NCBI GenBank assembly: GCA_012295275.1
Contig: CM022671.1
Coordinates: forward strand, 19,096,001-19,160,000
Reading direction: 5' to 3'
Length of the DNA: 64,000 nucleotides
Source of the DNA: Chrysomallon squamiferum
Lineage: Eukaryota > Animalia > Mollusca
Within the stretch, counting starts at the first letter, position 1. Each line of letters opens with the position of its first letter. A program made the position numbers and the translations under genes. Shown in pieces: positions 1 to 45,549 of the stretch. The notes beneath the pieces are model-generated. The model saw only the letters and a program-made list of their open reading frames with translations, had not been told where the DNA came from and searched no databases.

Positions 1-1333
1 ATAAAATAACATGAATTAGGATGAATAAAAACAATGCTAAGTAACTAAACAAAACCAAATTACAATGTTTATTCTGGAATGTTTTGGAAAGGATTGTAAT
101 GCATTACAATTTAAGTGACCATAAGTAAAATTAAGAATGTTTAAACTGGCTTAAGTTCATAAGTGAAAGTATTATCAACAAAAAAACATTAACAGATCAA
201 TACTAAATATTTAAATGTACAAATGTCGTAAATTACTATACTGAAGCTCAGAATTTCCCCACGCTTGTTTTCTTATTATTCACTTTTCACTATGTACACA
301 ATAGACGCATGTCCAAAAAACAACGTTTTTGGAATATACATAACAGCTTTATAGCTTGGTATGATACGTAACATTTTGCGTATATCCAGAAATCGAATGT
401 AAATCAAGTCTTATTACTACTAAACAAAGATGTTTACCACGCTAATTCCGTCTTTTTTCAAATTCTTTTTTACCATAGTTAAATTTTATTTCAAAATCGT
501 TTAATAAAAATGGCTCTGGTATTATTTACTTCTTTTTAAATCTATAATACATTCATAAACACTATTAATTATGAAACAAAATTCAAATTATTTTTCTTTC
601 TTTCTTCTTTTTTTTTTTTTTTTTTTTTTTTCCATATCGTGCTAAAGGCCTGCTTTGTGTTTTGACATTAAAACATCGTTCTAAATTATCAAAAAAGATG
701 TAAAGATACAGCAGAATATAATCGAATTTAAAATATTATACCCATTTCTTGAAGATATATTTGGTACGCTGCAAACGGCTTTGAAATCTGTCTCTATTGG
801 ACGTCTCTGATTGTACTGCAAGCTTTAATAATTTATGTAGGCCTAACAAAGGAACAAAGATTTAGCTTTCGCGCCACAAGGGAAAGAACTCCAGCTTTAC
901 CTGCGAATAGCTTTTAAGGCCAATCTAATAAAATATTTGATTTAAAATTATTCTCATTTACTGAGATTTTATAAATATAGACACTCTTGCAGTCAGAAAT
1001 GTTCCTGATATATATTATTTTAAGATGGCTCAGTCAAGTTTACTTATGACTATAAGATTACAATTAGGCCTGATAATTATTCTGAATTTTGTTAGTTTGT
1101 AAGTTTTATTTAGTTTTGGCGCCAAATAAAATAAATATTTAAAACTAAAAATGCGACATATTCTCTTCTATTTGTTTTTTTTAATAAAGCAAAAATAAAT
1201 TATATAATAATTTTTCTTCTTCTTTTTATTATTTTTTTTATTTCGTACTGAGTACACTAAGATTTATCTGCGGATTTTTTGTTTTTTGTTTTTTTGTTTG
1301 TTTGTTTGTTTCTTTGTTTTCCTATATCATTAG

Positions 1334-1740
1334 TATATGGAGGACATTGAGAATTCCGCGGTTATTTTGTACGAATGGGATGATACAGAGTTTCCCCGGT
1401 TTTTTTCTGTACGGAAGCACTGAGAGTTAACCGGGTTTTGGGGGGGTTGCTGTTTATTCCTTGTACAGAGGACACTGAGGATTCCCCGTTTATTTTGTAC
1501 GAAGGACTCAGAAATACCCGTGTTTTTCTGGAGAGCACTGACAGTTAACCGTTTTTTTTTTTTTTTTTTTCTTTACAGAGGAAATATCTTGTACAGATGA
1601 AACAGAGTTATCAGGGTTTTTCTGTATGGAGTCATACATGTAATTTTTTTTCTGTTGTATTACGGAGAGGACCGGCAGTTCCCCGGTTATTTTATACAAA
1701 GGATACAGAATTACCCGCGTTTCTTTTCTGTACGGAAGAC
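1334..1740. repeat. Degenerate minisatellite, ~33-39 bp unit, ~11-12 copies
   Basis: Recurrent GTAC(G/A)GAGGACAC(T/A)GAG..T(T/A)CCC(C)GGTT(A/T)TTTT(CT) units in an otherwise AT-rich background. Confidence 0.75.
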
Positions 1741-3315
1741 TTTTTTCTTTTAACATGTCGAAATAAAGCGGAACGGGCTTTTTGAAGGAAACTGTAGTCT
1801 TAAGGTGAACTGTTTTCTTTTTCAAAAATATACATTTACCAATGCATTGCTGAGAAAGTTCAACCCCCTGGCGCATATTACAGTAAATAATCCAAACAAA
1901 ATATTAGACAAAAGTTTTCGAAGGACATATCTGAGAAAATTTAATGGCCTAGATATTTTACTTAAAATGATGAATAATTAAATATGTTCCCTGACCAGAT
2001 CCGCGAGATGCCGATTTTGCCAAATACCTTCAGTGTTTAGTGCGGGGCCCACAGATATGTTACTTTTTCTCTATATTAATCCGGCAATGTTCTGTAATTT
2101 TTAGTATCATATTAAAGTCTATTCATCTATCATATGATATGAGTGTACAGTTTTAAAGTAAAAATGAATCAAAATTTATTTATGTTTAGAAAAAAAAAAG
2201 GTGGTGAATAATAGGCCTAAACTACATTATTATTTTTTTTATATTTTGAGAAAACTGTTTGGTTCGTGTGCTGAATAAAATATCTATAGTTAATTCGTCA
2301 GTTCCAAAGCGACTATATTTATATAACTGATATTTCGCTGTACTGTTTCGGATTTTGCTGGAAAATGCAATTTAAAAACAAAACAAAAACAAAAATCCAG
2401 ACAAACAAAACACAAACCAATAAAACAACCTGGCTTCAAAAATGGGTTCTTCTTTCTCGATTATCAAGTCCATAAAATTAATTTGTAAACTTAAGTTTAC
2501 AGAAAGCTAAGTAATTTTATTATCAAAACAACAACAATTAATTAAATAATTAATAAAAATAAAAAGTAAGTAAATATAGTTGTAAATTGTTAAGTTTTTG
2601 CACGTAAACAATCCCAAAATCACTACATTAATATTTCATTAATATAAATTCACTGTACATTAATAATCATGTTATAAAATGTCAATGATTATTAATTTTC
2701 TTTTAAGGTTTATATATATATATTTTTTTTTTTTCTATTTTTTATTTTAAGATAGACCTAATTATAATAATACCTATTTTACATATTTTATAACAAGGTT
2801 GTATTCATATTTTCGACACGACTTTGAAATGTGAATGTTTTATAACATTATTTGTCACGTTTAGTTCATTGCATTTGTCCAAACTTTTGCATGGATATAT
2901 TTACTAAAGATATTTGGTTAAAGGGTCTCCTTAAAATATCAATTATATTTACAAAAGGATCCATCTTTACCTCCAATAGAGGCAGTAGGCCTCTTAAAAA
3001 TCAAAGTCTAAATGACTCCACTACTGCCTTGCATTAAGTTCATTTCTAAATCAGACAAGGCGAAGCAAGAGCTAATTCAGATCCCCAAATCACATGCAGC
3101 CTAATTTCAGTTTATGGCCATTATCCAGAAGTAGCCACATACTCGTTCGCATTGGTTTGGTTGTTGTTGTAATTTTATTTAATTATTCTCGAAATTAGAG
3201 AAGCTCATTTTTATAATTATCTTATATGTTTCTACGTACGTATGTATGAATGTATGCATAGAAGAGACAGAAAGACAGACATAGAAATAGACAGACACAT
3301 ATATATTTCTCTCTA

Positions 3316-3430
3316 TATAGATATAGATAGATAGATAGACAGATAGATAGATAGGTAGGTAGGTAGATAGATATAATGACAGACAGACAGACAGATAGAC
3401 AGATAAATAGATAGATAGACATACAGATAG
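3316..3430. repeat. (TAGA/CAGA/TAGG)n tetranucleotide microsatellite
   Basis: Directly visible; explains the spurious minus-strand ORFs at 3179-3436. Confidence 0.9.
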
Positions 3431-3589
3431 ATACACAGATATTTCGTTATTACTTTATCCTTTTTCAAAGAAATTCAGAAGTTATTACACGTCTAGATTT
3501 GAAGTAATGAAAACACTATTTATGTTATTTGAGGTGGGTTTTTTTTTTCTTTTCGCATTTGGGTCAGAATCTCATTAATTATTACGTAT

Positions 3590-3873
3590 GAGTTTGTGTC
3601 ACATAATACGCAGTTACGATAATCACGTTGTTTCGTGCTCATTTCAGTTATTAGAACAGAGAGTACGGTGCGCAGCACCTTCCAGGAGGAAAAAACATTT
3701 AAAACAACAGCAACCAACCAACCATGGCCGTCTCCTGAAAACAATCTCTGATATGTAGGAAAAAACAAGAAGAATGGTATTTTACATTCATATATGGGAA
3801 ATTTTTTCGCCCGCACTTCACTACTTTTATAGAACTTTTTTACGGATTCAAGTGATAGTTCTTGCCTAAAGAG
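3590..3873 (+). promoter_or_regulatory. Candidate SLMAP promoter and non-coding first exon (donor GAG|GTAACT at 3873/3874)
   Basis: Last CpG-containing patch before the CpG-poor gene body. The ATG exon has an acceptor at 5558-5559, so an upstream exon is required. YY1-like CCATGGCCG at ~3722. The 5' boundary is a guess. Confidence 0.45.
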
Positions 3874-5589
3874 GTAACTCTTAAAGTTTACTCCGTCCAA
3901 TACACTAGAAACTTGACCTACTTCGTTTCTTGCAGTCTGACAACAGATTTTGCTTTTATTAAAATGTATTGAATCATTTTAAAAGTTACTATTTTATTAC
4001 GAAATATAAAAATGTTAATTATCTTTACTTTTGGAATATTAACTCGTGAATATATCATTTACTTAGTTAGTCAATATTGTTCCAGTTAAATGTTAATGAT
4101 TTCTAAGCTTAAAATTAAACCTCGTAAAAGTTTTCCATATCTAAGTCATTGTTTGAGTTAATCATTTAATCAGATGTAAATTGTTATTATTGCCATAAAA
4201 CTAACAGTATAATTGTGTATAATATATGTTTAATATATCCATAAGCAGAACATTCCATCTTTTAAAATAAATTTAAATGACATCAGTGGCTGAATATCCA
4301 TCATTTTGTAATAAAACAAACCAGCATAATTTAATTAGTAAACCTTAAATTCATTTTAAATTTTTTTCTTAATTTAAAACCATTACTTATTTTCTGTTTC
4401 TGCATATACATAATATATGATAAGTCACTTCTTTAACTATTATTAGTACTTTGAAGTATAATTATACATCTGTAATTGAAACAACAAATCTAATTGGATT
4501 TGATACTGGCAGTTAGAACACATTTTAATATTTATCATTTGTTATTACATCTGTCATTTTTCCTATTTCAAAATTTCCGTTAAAATTATTTTCATATGAG
4601 GCTATAGTATTTTTGAAATTTATAATTTATTCTTTATTTTGCACAATAGAGACAGTAAATGTTTTCAAAATGATTATTACAATCTATATGCAATTAAAAA
4701 CGACAGGGTTTACAAATTTAAATATACATACACACAATATGTTTTGACAAATTGATTTTAATACCTGAAATCAACAGATTCTATCCATTTACTAAGGAAA
4801 TAACATAATTCTAAAATTATAGTCATTATTAAAATGTATGTGCAATTTTAAAACCATAAATTCTGTTTGATATTTTTATACCTAACTTTTTTCCTTAAAA
4901 ATATAGACAATTTTAAACATCTTAAACCTGATTACATGAAGTGTTTTTCTGTTTTGCATAAAGTTCCTTCAACAATATACTTGTTCTGTTCACAAAATTA
5001 ATGTCAGTGTTTAAAAACATAGAACTGTTTGCTTTTTGTTTTCTGCATGTCATAATTTAATTATTTTTCACTGGTAAGACAAATCATAGTATCAGCTACA
5101 GTTAAAGTATCTTCCTTTTCAATATACTTTTGCATAATTTTTTATTTAAAAATCATTACTAGAATTAAATACAGTTTTCTTTGTGTTCATTTTAATAGAA
5201 GAAAAAAGTAAAAGAAACTTTAAAATTCCTTCTTTTTAAAAAAATCTATTACAGAGCATTATATCTACATCTAATTTCAATCAAGATTATTTTTCTAATT
5301 TTATTTAATCTGTTGTTCATAATTAGAATTTTAATGAGGTGAATAAAATTTCAGTATTGAATTTGATATACAGCATTACAACAATTATTAAGAATTTGAA
5401 ACTAAGAATCTTAAAAAGTAAATTAGTTAAACATAATCCCATCTGAACTGATGGATAATTGAAATATTAAAAAGCAAGAAAACCTTGGCTTAAGTCTTCT
5501 GAACAATTTTGACTGAAAAATATTTGATGTAATTCAGAATATCTTCATTTTTCTTACAGGAGGAAGAGGAGGGAAACTTGTGCTTAAGC

Positions 5590-36146
<30,557 letters not shown>

Positions 36147-38589
36147 TTAACCTTTTTGCTGTTAGCAGCAACAGTAAACTGAAGGCAGCCTCAACATAGA
36201 TTTAGACACGGGTGACCCAGTAGAGCTGGTTTTATCATAATTTTGGATGCAGACATCAGTCATGGGGAAATGTAATGGGGTCAAGAATGAGGAAAAGAGA
36301 GAATACAGTGATATGAGGATGACAAAAATAACATAGCATAATTTTGAAAGTTGAAAAAAAGGAGAAAGTTATCATATAGGGACCTGTGTGCCCATAGTGA
36401 TTTACCAATTTTCAAAACTGGAAATCTTTTTTTTTTTTTTAAATAATAATATGCTGTGTGTGTTTAATTGATTGTTGAGGCCCAAATATTTTTTTATAAA
36501 GATTCTTGATAAGCACTGGTCATCTTCAGTTAAACCAAACATTTAAAAAAATAAGAGGTTTGCAGTGCATAACTCTGGAAAAGCATAAACAGATTTGAAA
36601 TAACAAATATAAACTGAGGAATATATTCTTTAAATATTTATTTATGAGGATTAATGAAATGAGTTTTGAGCCAGAAAACAAACAGATATGATGGAGATGT
36701 TTTAGTGTGGACATGATTCATGTTGGATAGGTGTGGATTACCTTTCCCCAGAATTTATATACTTTTGTTGTCTTCCTTATTGCAATGTGGTCTCAGATTC
36801 AAAAAAAAAAAGGATTTTCTTAGAAATAGCAAATGTACAAGCTCTCCATTATAAATCATATAAACCAGCAGATTAAGCTAAACAGAATCTAAATAATTTC
36901 ATTTATTTCATTTTGTATTATTTTTATTTCATTTTGTTTTTTATTATTATTATTAATGTTTTTTTGGTTTTTTTTATGGTTTGAAATTTATAGATGTGAG
37001 GATATTTATCAATGTTTAAGGAAGTAATTGAAATAATGTCATTTGTAATATTTTCTTTGCTACCTTAATTTAAATCAAAACTTGATTTTCATTTCATATG
37101 AAGATAAAGTCTGATAATATGTAAATCTGGAAACTTGGATACTGCAGTTGTCTTTTATAGCTGCACTTACAAGCATTATAATAAAAAATGTATTAAAGCT
37201 TTACTTTTGTCACTTCTCATGTGACCTTTTTCATATACAAATTTTTCATCAGTGGTATGTTGAGAATTCTGTGATGAGCTAGAGAACAGCAGTGCACAGT
37301 TTAATTTAATTAAAAAATAAAATCTAACAGCAAAATAGATGCTTGCATTCGTTTATTTTTAAGTAAAATTTATGTGATATTAATTTGTTTACCCTGTAAA
37401 AAATAAAGAAAAATTACTATAATGATAATTATTATTATTTTTTTTTAATTAAATTTTTGGGACCATCAGGAATCTTTAGGATCTTGTTAGTTCATTATTG
37501 TAAATGAGTATAATTGCACAGATTTAGATTTTCTCAAAACTTGGCCATATTGTTGTCTTTTTCTAGTCTTTCTGAATCCATATCCTGACCTAAGACATGA
37601 CTTGACTAACAAACAGAAAATAACCTTAATTAATAATGAGTTTTCACTGGATTATATGAGTTTCCTTTGACAGTATGTTTCTAGTTCTTTTAAACAAACA
37701 TTACTGAGTAAATATCCTTTTCCTTTTTTCATTATTATTCTTTCAACGATGTAAACTAATTCAATATGAATAAAATCTCATTAAAAGTTCAGTTTAATAT
37801 AACTTAGTTATTATATTTCACTAACATGTATCTAAAATTTCTTTTTCAGAATAAGTCAATATTTTAATTATATTAGAAATAAATATTCATCTCCCAAAAA
37901 TCTTGTAATGTACAGTGAAACTGAGATTTAAAACAATAATTCCATCAAATAAAGTAAAGCAGTTAAAAGAAAGGAAGAAAAAGAGTCACTTATGCCAACA
38001 TTATATCTCAGTTAAATTTAACTTTTTACCATGATTCTACATTTTTTTTTTTTTTTTTAATTTTCTAAATATGGAACTATATCAGTTATTTGCATCAGAG
38101 TTCTTGATTATAAATATTTTATCTGTAGTGGTTTTCATACTGTGAATCCTTGGTTGAAGTTTCCAAATGTAGATTTAAAAAGTTGTATAATCTGTATTAA
38201 ACCAAATTTTGTAAAGATACTTTAAAATATTAGCCCCATAATATAATTTTTAAATTCCTTAACAAGAATTGAATATGTGCCTTACTTATTTAAAATTTTT
38301 GGAAATTCTTTAATTAATTTTTTTCTATCCTTGTTTAGTAATGTGAAAGCAATTGTATCTTTTGATCACAAATATATGTTATCATAGCAGAAGAAACAGC
38401 AGTGCAACTTATTTTATTAAATAAAGGTGGGTCTGCTATTTTTTTTTTCTATGAATATTTATCATAAATAGAAGATTAAAAAAATATATCAGATATTTTA
38501 GTCCATGTGTTTATGGGGGGGGAGAGGAAGTTGTATTTTTGTGGGTTTTTGGGGTGTTTTTTTTTGGGGGGGGTTTGCTGTTGTTGTTG

Positions 38590-38642
<53 letters not shown>

Positions 38643-39001
38643 ATCCTGCAGAATCCCACCTTTATTTTTTGTTGTTTTCCCCACCTTATATGCAAATATA
38701 TTATCTTTAGTTGTTTTGTTTGTTTTTCAAAGTTTTTGGTTTGTACTCTCTGTCAATTATCCATATATATATATATAGATATGAAAATGTTCATATATAC
38801 AAGTTTCTGAATATGTAAAAACCATGAATATACAAGTGATTTCAGCTATTTTTGTACTTAAGAAGTGGATTTCTGACATTGAGAAAAACCGTTTCCTTCC
38901 ATCATTGGGACCAGGATATAAATGGTTGCTGTTTGTTTTGCCAAGATCATACTTACGAACAGCTATAATAAATCCCAGTGCACACTGTATTTATGTATAT
39001 A

Positions 39002-39032
<31 letters not shown>

Positions 39033-39662
39033 TTACACACACACATACACACACACACACACATGTTCTCCAAAAGTATTTTACCAAATGTTAAATACAA
39101 AGCAAGGTTTTACAACCCTGCTTTGCAGTTAGTAATTTTATTTATGTTTCTATTATCTTTCACTATGTGTCATGGCTGAATCAGTAAATGTAAGTATTTA
39201 AATTATTAAATTAAAAACCAAGCAAAAACACATAGTTGTGTGGACAGAGATAACAGACTGGTATTAACTCAGTATGTTTTTTAAAAAATATTTTAATTGA
39301 GCTTTGTTGCTATTAAATCAGTGGGGGAGGTATGTTTGAAATAATAATCATTTTATCATATTTGAAAAAAACTAAACAAATTAAAAACAATTCATTTTAC
39401 TAAGTTTTGTTACTTTTTTTAAAAATTATTATTAATATTATTACACTGGCTTAATATTTGTAAAGCAATGTAATCATTTGTTAATTTGTAGAGAGTTTGG
39501 TGATATTGTCATCATTTCTTTTGTTTCTTTTATTTATTTATTCATTTATTTTTTATTTTTTTATTTTTTATTTATACACTTATTTTTTTGTGTGTGTTTG
39601 TGTATGTGTGTAATAAAGCCTTACCAGGATAATAAAAATTCATATACATAGAGACATACATA

Positions 39663-39668
<6 letters not shown>

Positions 39669-39698
<30 letters not shown>

Positions 39699-39712
39699 TG
39701 TATGTATGTATA
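39669..39712. repeat. (TATG)n microsatellite
   Basis: Directly visible. Confidence 0.9.
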
Positions 39713-40595
39713 TGAATGAATATATATATATGTTATAGAATATTCAGCATTATATCATTAATAACTAATTCACTGCTTTTTATTTCAGATTACCGTGTCT
39801 TATTTAAAAAAAGCAGTCATAATCATTCACAGCTCTGTATCATAGTCTGATATTCAGTTTAGAACACATTAAAATAAAATTTAATTTTTAAAAATGTATT
39901 TTAAAGCTTTTGTAGTATTTGTATTCTATTAGCAAATCTATATTATTTTCCTCTGTATATAAGGATTATATTTTATATATCTTTAATAAATTAAGTTTTG
40001 TCCCTTTTTTCTTTTCTTGTTTATAATTTTATATATCTATAACAACCAAATACAAACTAGACATTTTTTAAAGGCATGTGTTCATAACTTTTTGTTTCCT
40101 AAAACCCACTCCTTTTTTTTTTAATTCTTTAATTCTTTTTATTTATTTATTTTTTATTTTAATTATTATTAGTAGTAGTAGTAGCATTAGTAGTAGTTAA
40201 TGGGTTTTTTTGTTGTTTTTTTAAATTCTTTTGGTACTATACCACAATAAATTTGTTATATGCAAGTGCTAACAACACTTCAGTGCTTAGTTACTTATGT
40301 TTTATATATTCACATCGAAATCTACATGAAGGTCACAGTAAGAATGGGCCAGGCATGATGTACAAATTACTTTTTTCTCACAAAAATATATCCATTTTCT
40401 TGTGTTAGAATGAAAAAAGATCTGTGTACTAATTTATTTGTGTTATATATATATATCCCTCCATTGCACATAGAAAAAACTTTAGGTTACACATCAGTCC
40501 AAAAATAAAATGAAAATAATTTATAATAAAAAATAAAAGTTATTATTTCTGTAACAAAATATCTAATAAAAGTTAATATATATATATATATATAT

Positions 40596-40630
<35 letters not shown>

Positions 40631-40793
40631 AATATTTTGTAAACAGATCAGTTGGTTTATTTAAATAATTTGTGGGGTTTTTTTTTTTTTTGATAACAGC
40701 ATTTTAATTTTTTTTTTTAATTCTAATATTTTCTTGTACTGTTTTACAGTTCATTTGCTCGTAATGTAAATATTTAATTTCTATGTATATTAC

Positions 40794-40795
40794 TG

Positions 40796-40835
<40 letters not shown>
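40794..40835. repeat. (GT)n microsatellite
   Basis: Directly visible. Confidence 0.9.
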
Positions 40836-40838
<3 letters not shown>

Positions 40839-42589
40839 ATCTGAATAAATTTCTTGTTGGCATTTAGGATTTTGGACATTTTTGGGGTAGGAAGTTGTTG
40901 CATTATTTTGTTTTGGTAAAATACGAATTATAGTAATTGATAAGTGTTAACAAAAAGTAATTAATATTATTTAGAACAATATTTTCCACTCGATAAGATT
41001 TCTATAATTTTTGTTTATTATTATTACTATTTTTATTATTATTTTTATTTGTTTGTTTATTAATTCTGCATCTATGAATATTCCATACCCATTACATTCT
41101 AACAATTATTTTTCTCTTTATATATTTCATTCTAAGATTAATCACTATGCTTTGCAAAATATATATATGGTAACAAACTATCATGACAATTGAAGCTAAA
41201 ATGCTCTTTGGCAATAAATCATTTATTAGTGTTGTCATTTAAAAAAAAGAAAACATCTGTTCTAGGCAATGGAGGGACTAATTTATGCTACTATATGAGG
41301 GTGTGCGAAAGATGACTTGTGTAGACATTTAAATAAATCAGTCTGATTAGTCAGTTTCTGTTGTTGAGATTGTATTTATGTAGTGTTTCATCAAAACAGA
41401 CGTTGAATACAGTTGTTTACCTAATATAATGTTTGTTTTGTTTTTTAGTCCACTGATATATATTGCTATTAAACGAAAGATATTTGGCATTTTGTTTTTG
41501 TTTTTTTTTTGCTTATAAAATTTGGTAATTATAAGTTAAATTATGATTTTAAACAAAATCAAATTTTTTTGTTTAAAAATATAATGGCATGGAAAAAAAA
41601 AAAGTCTGCATAAGAGAGAAAAAAATAGTGTACCATATTCTTCACTAATAGTAATAATGTAATAGTTTAAACATTTTGCACTCTTTCCTACCAAAGTTAA
41701 TGCATTGATTGTTGAATAAAACCTGAGGTAATTTAGTATGGCATCTCAGGGTATTATATTAGTAAACTGAATTATAAAGGAGTTGGCACTTAGTTTGTCA
41801 GACAATTTAATAACATGAGAAATATATCTGTAGTAATGAATTTCAGGAATGAATCAATTTAAATTACAGACATTTACATGGATTTGATTAATGTTCTTTG
41901 TTTTTCTTCATATATGCTGACATAGATACAGGTACTTCATTAATATTATTGTATACAACATGGAAAAATAACTAACAAAAAATTATGTTGCATTTACCAT
42001 ATATTATTATAGGTTGCCTTTTCAAGATCAGTAAAATAACATTTCTTTAAATACTAGTACTTTTACATCAACACTTCATTATTATGTGTTGCCTTTACAA
42101 GGCCAGCACAATAAAATTCATTAAATACAGGTACAAGTAATTTTACTGGCAGATACATCAAAACTTAACATGAAATAACTATAACAGATAGTACTGAATA
42201 ACAAAATTAACAATGTATTTAGAGATGTCTTTACAAAGTCCCTTACATTTACCGACAGATACAAAACTATAACAGATAATGAAATAAATTTTATACCATA
42301 TAGTATATATTAACTTTACAAGGTCAGTACAATATTATTGTTTAATACATGGCTGTACATGTTCTAAAGAATATCACAGTTAAGGGGTCTCATCTGAAGA
42401 AGCACACACAGCAGTCTCCAGTCTGACAGTAACAGATACACAAATATCTTATTGTCCAGTAATTTGCTTAGCGTGCAACCATTCATCCTTTAGGTACTCT
42501 TAACAATGGCTGTGTGAAATGAACTGTAACATGAGAGGAGTATTGTATAATCTGTTTTGGCCACTGATAACATGATAGTGATACACTCA

Positions 42590-43400
42590 CATTTCACATT
42601 AGCTGTAAAATTGTTACAGTGAAGATTTGTAGTTTTAATTCTACTACCGTAGTAAACAATGTGATGTTAGGCTTCATCATTATTATCACATCAAGTAACT
42701 TGATACATATTTTGTCATTGCAGTAAATAAATGCAGGCTTTAGCATAGTAACTCGACTACAATAGTAAATAACTTGAAATAATTATTACAATAAATAACT
42801 TGATAACTGACTGTATCATTACTACTTCAGTAAATAATTTGGTTTTATTGTCAGTAACATAATACAGTTATATAATACAGGTTTTAGTACTATTAATTTA
42901 CCCATAAAGTGAATAACATGATATGCATTTTATCATCATTATTACAGTAAATTGTAAGTTTTTACCATTACTGCTATAGTAAATAACTTGATAACAATTA
43001 CAGCCGTTACCATTACTATTACAGTACACACTTGACTGTATGTCTTTGACTTTAGTACTATAGTAAATAATGACACAGACTTTATCATTATTTCTACAGT
43101 CAGTAACTTGATATAGTAAATATATTGATACAGGTTTTAGTGTTAGTAAATTACTACTGAAGTAAACTACAGAAACAACAACATGATACAAGTTTTTACA
43201 TTATTCCTACAGTACATGACATGAAACAGGCTTCAGTATAACTGACTACCACTTGATATACACTTTATCATCATTATTACTGAAAATAATTAGAACATTT
43301 TTTTTTTTGTGTGTGTGTGTGTATGTTACTAATTAGTCTAAAGTAATTAATGCTGTCACAAAAAACAAGTTTTATCATTACTGTCGTTTTGTTTGATCTT
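42590..43400. repeat. Degenerate tandem satellite, ~35-40 bp unit (~TACAGTAAATAACTTGATACAGGTTTTATCATTAC)
   Basis: Repeated AGTAAATAAC(T)TGATA and TTTATCATTA(C/T)TAC words over ~800 bp. Confidence 0.7.
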
Positions 43401-43679
43401 CTTGTACATATAAAATACATGTGAATCTTGTCACATAGAAAACAGGAGTGTTGAAAAGACGGTCACTGTGACATGATGAAGAATTTTATTTCCACTGGTA
43501 TGTTTCTCTGATGTGTCATCTTTTTTCCCACTTCACAAACCTGTAATGACCATGATAAATTAGATTTTTTTTCTCAGTCAAGCTGATTAAAGTAACTTTT
43601 TATTCTAGCTCAGTGTGTTTCTTCAGTAACAAGCATCTTTAATCTTCATTTTAAATTTTGTATGTATGTATGTATATAT

Positions 43680-43723
<44 letters not shown>

Positions 43724-45289
43724 TCGTTATGTAATTTTTTAACTCTAATCATATCAAAATAAGGAATTATTTCCTTACTCAACGTTATTATTATTATTTT
43801 TTTTTTTTTTTTACAAAAAAAAAAAAAAATGTAACTTCAATTAATGATTTTAAAATGTGTGTGTGTGCGTGCGTTCCTCTGTGTGTGTTTGCAACCCCAT
43901 ATTTATGTGTGTACACTATCAATTAACTGCTTTTATATTAATCATATTGGTTCAGTTATAAGATAAATCCTCGTAGCCAACATCTATGTCTTTGAAAATA
44001 CTTGAAAATCTAAACATTAAATAATTTTAATTTTTATACAACAAAACATATTACTGGTGGAACTAATTATAATCGTAACTAGTTAATAAATACATCACTT
44101 AAATGCTCTGTAAAGTCAACACGTAGTTCAAAGGTTATCTCACTCCACCCATCATACCGCTCATGACATGATGTTACGCTTTTATAAACGAAAATAACGA
44201 ACTTTTTATTCGAGAAACTAAACCAGCTTATCTGCCTTGAGTTCAGAATACGCTAAATTATGCGCCAGCTTAGCAAAACGTTATCATTTCGTTCAATGTC
44301 ACCTGGCAAAAGTAGGGAATTATTAAAATTATTTAATTAATACTTTTATAGACTGTGATTTCAAATTTTAGCCGCGTCCTTATTAAGCACTGTTACCTCT
44401 AAGCAAAGTAAAAAGATGTAAATCCAAGGAAATCGAAATGTTCGGCCAGCTCCTGCGCGTGAAAGACAACATTTAAATTAATTTAAAAAAAATATATTTA
44501 TTAATTTAATGTATTTATTTTTTATTTTTATTATTTTTTAATCCATTTTGTATTACCTTAAAAGGAATGATATGATAGTCAACCTTATTAATTTAGTTCA
44601 CAAAAGGACACAAATGATATAGTTAATTAAATTTATTGCTATACCATTTACACTGAGAAAAATAACAACAACAAAAATTAGTAAATACAAATGTTGAAGA
44701 ACATGAATGAAATGCGATTCAATTTAATGCTGGTCTGGCTTTTAGATTATTTCTAACTATTGCCGCGGTTCAATACAATGATAAAAAATATAATAAATAA
44801 ATGATAAATTAATTCCAAGTTACCGAAGGGCAAGAACTGCTCAGTTTGTAACAGTCAGGCTTTCCATCGTGCATACGCGTATTTGACAAAATATGATAGG
44901 CTTATTAATAATTGTTATTTCAGAATTATACACATAAAACAACTACAACAACAAAATAATAATAATAACAAACAAGAAGAAGATGAAAAGAAAAAGAAAA
45001 ACAACAAACAAAACAGATTGTGGACGAAATGAATATATCTGATGACAAAACTAAAGTTGATACGTAATACCAAGTTATAGTTATCATTCATAATAAAATG
45101 TTATTTGTAAGTGTGCTTTCTGAAAGTATTTGTGAAACATGACAATGGATGTCGAATATTAATGTCTAATAGTGAAAAACAGCAGACTTGTATGCCAATG
45201 TCGCACCAGAAGGTACAACAACATCTGTACTCGGCGACTCCCGAAAATGTGTAGACTTTTTTTTTTTTTTTTTTTTTTTTTTACCTACA

Positions 45290-45549
45290 TGGTATATTAC
45301 TGAGCGATCGCCACTGAGAGAATTGTGTACACAAAGGTTTTAGAGGCATTCACCCAAAGCCGTTCTTCTCTAGTTTCATTTGCAATATTTGCATGGCAAA
45401 CAAGCCGCTGAAGTAGCAAACTTGTGAAGCATGGAACACCGTGCGTCTTCGTTGTGAAAGTTACAGGTGTCGCAGAGACACTCCTGGCAGTATTTCTTCT
45501 AACTGCTTTCAGCAGACGGATTACTGGAGTCACTTGAAAAGACATCAAG
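45290..45549 (+). other. Candidate non-coding (5' UTR) exon of an unidentified downstream gene
   Basis: High-complexity, relatively GC-rich block ending in consensus donor AAG|GTAAGC; no ATG-initiated ORF reaches the donor. Confidence 0.3.

Noticed and set aside
1508-1876. 122-aa minus-strand ORF
   Set aside because: Overlaps the minisatellite and a poly-T run; no recognisable protein.
3520-3900. 126-aa minus-strand ORF
   Set aside because: Non-ATG start, no recognisable homology, overlaps the candidate SLMAP promoter.
38505-39179. Cluster of hydrophobic ORFs as an alternative TM exon
   Set aside because: Produced by (GTT)n/(ATT)n/(GT)n/(CA)n microsatellites in the probable 3' UTR.
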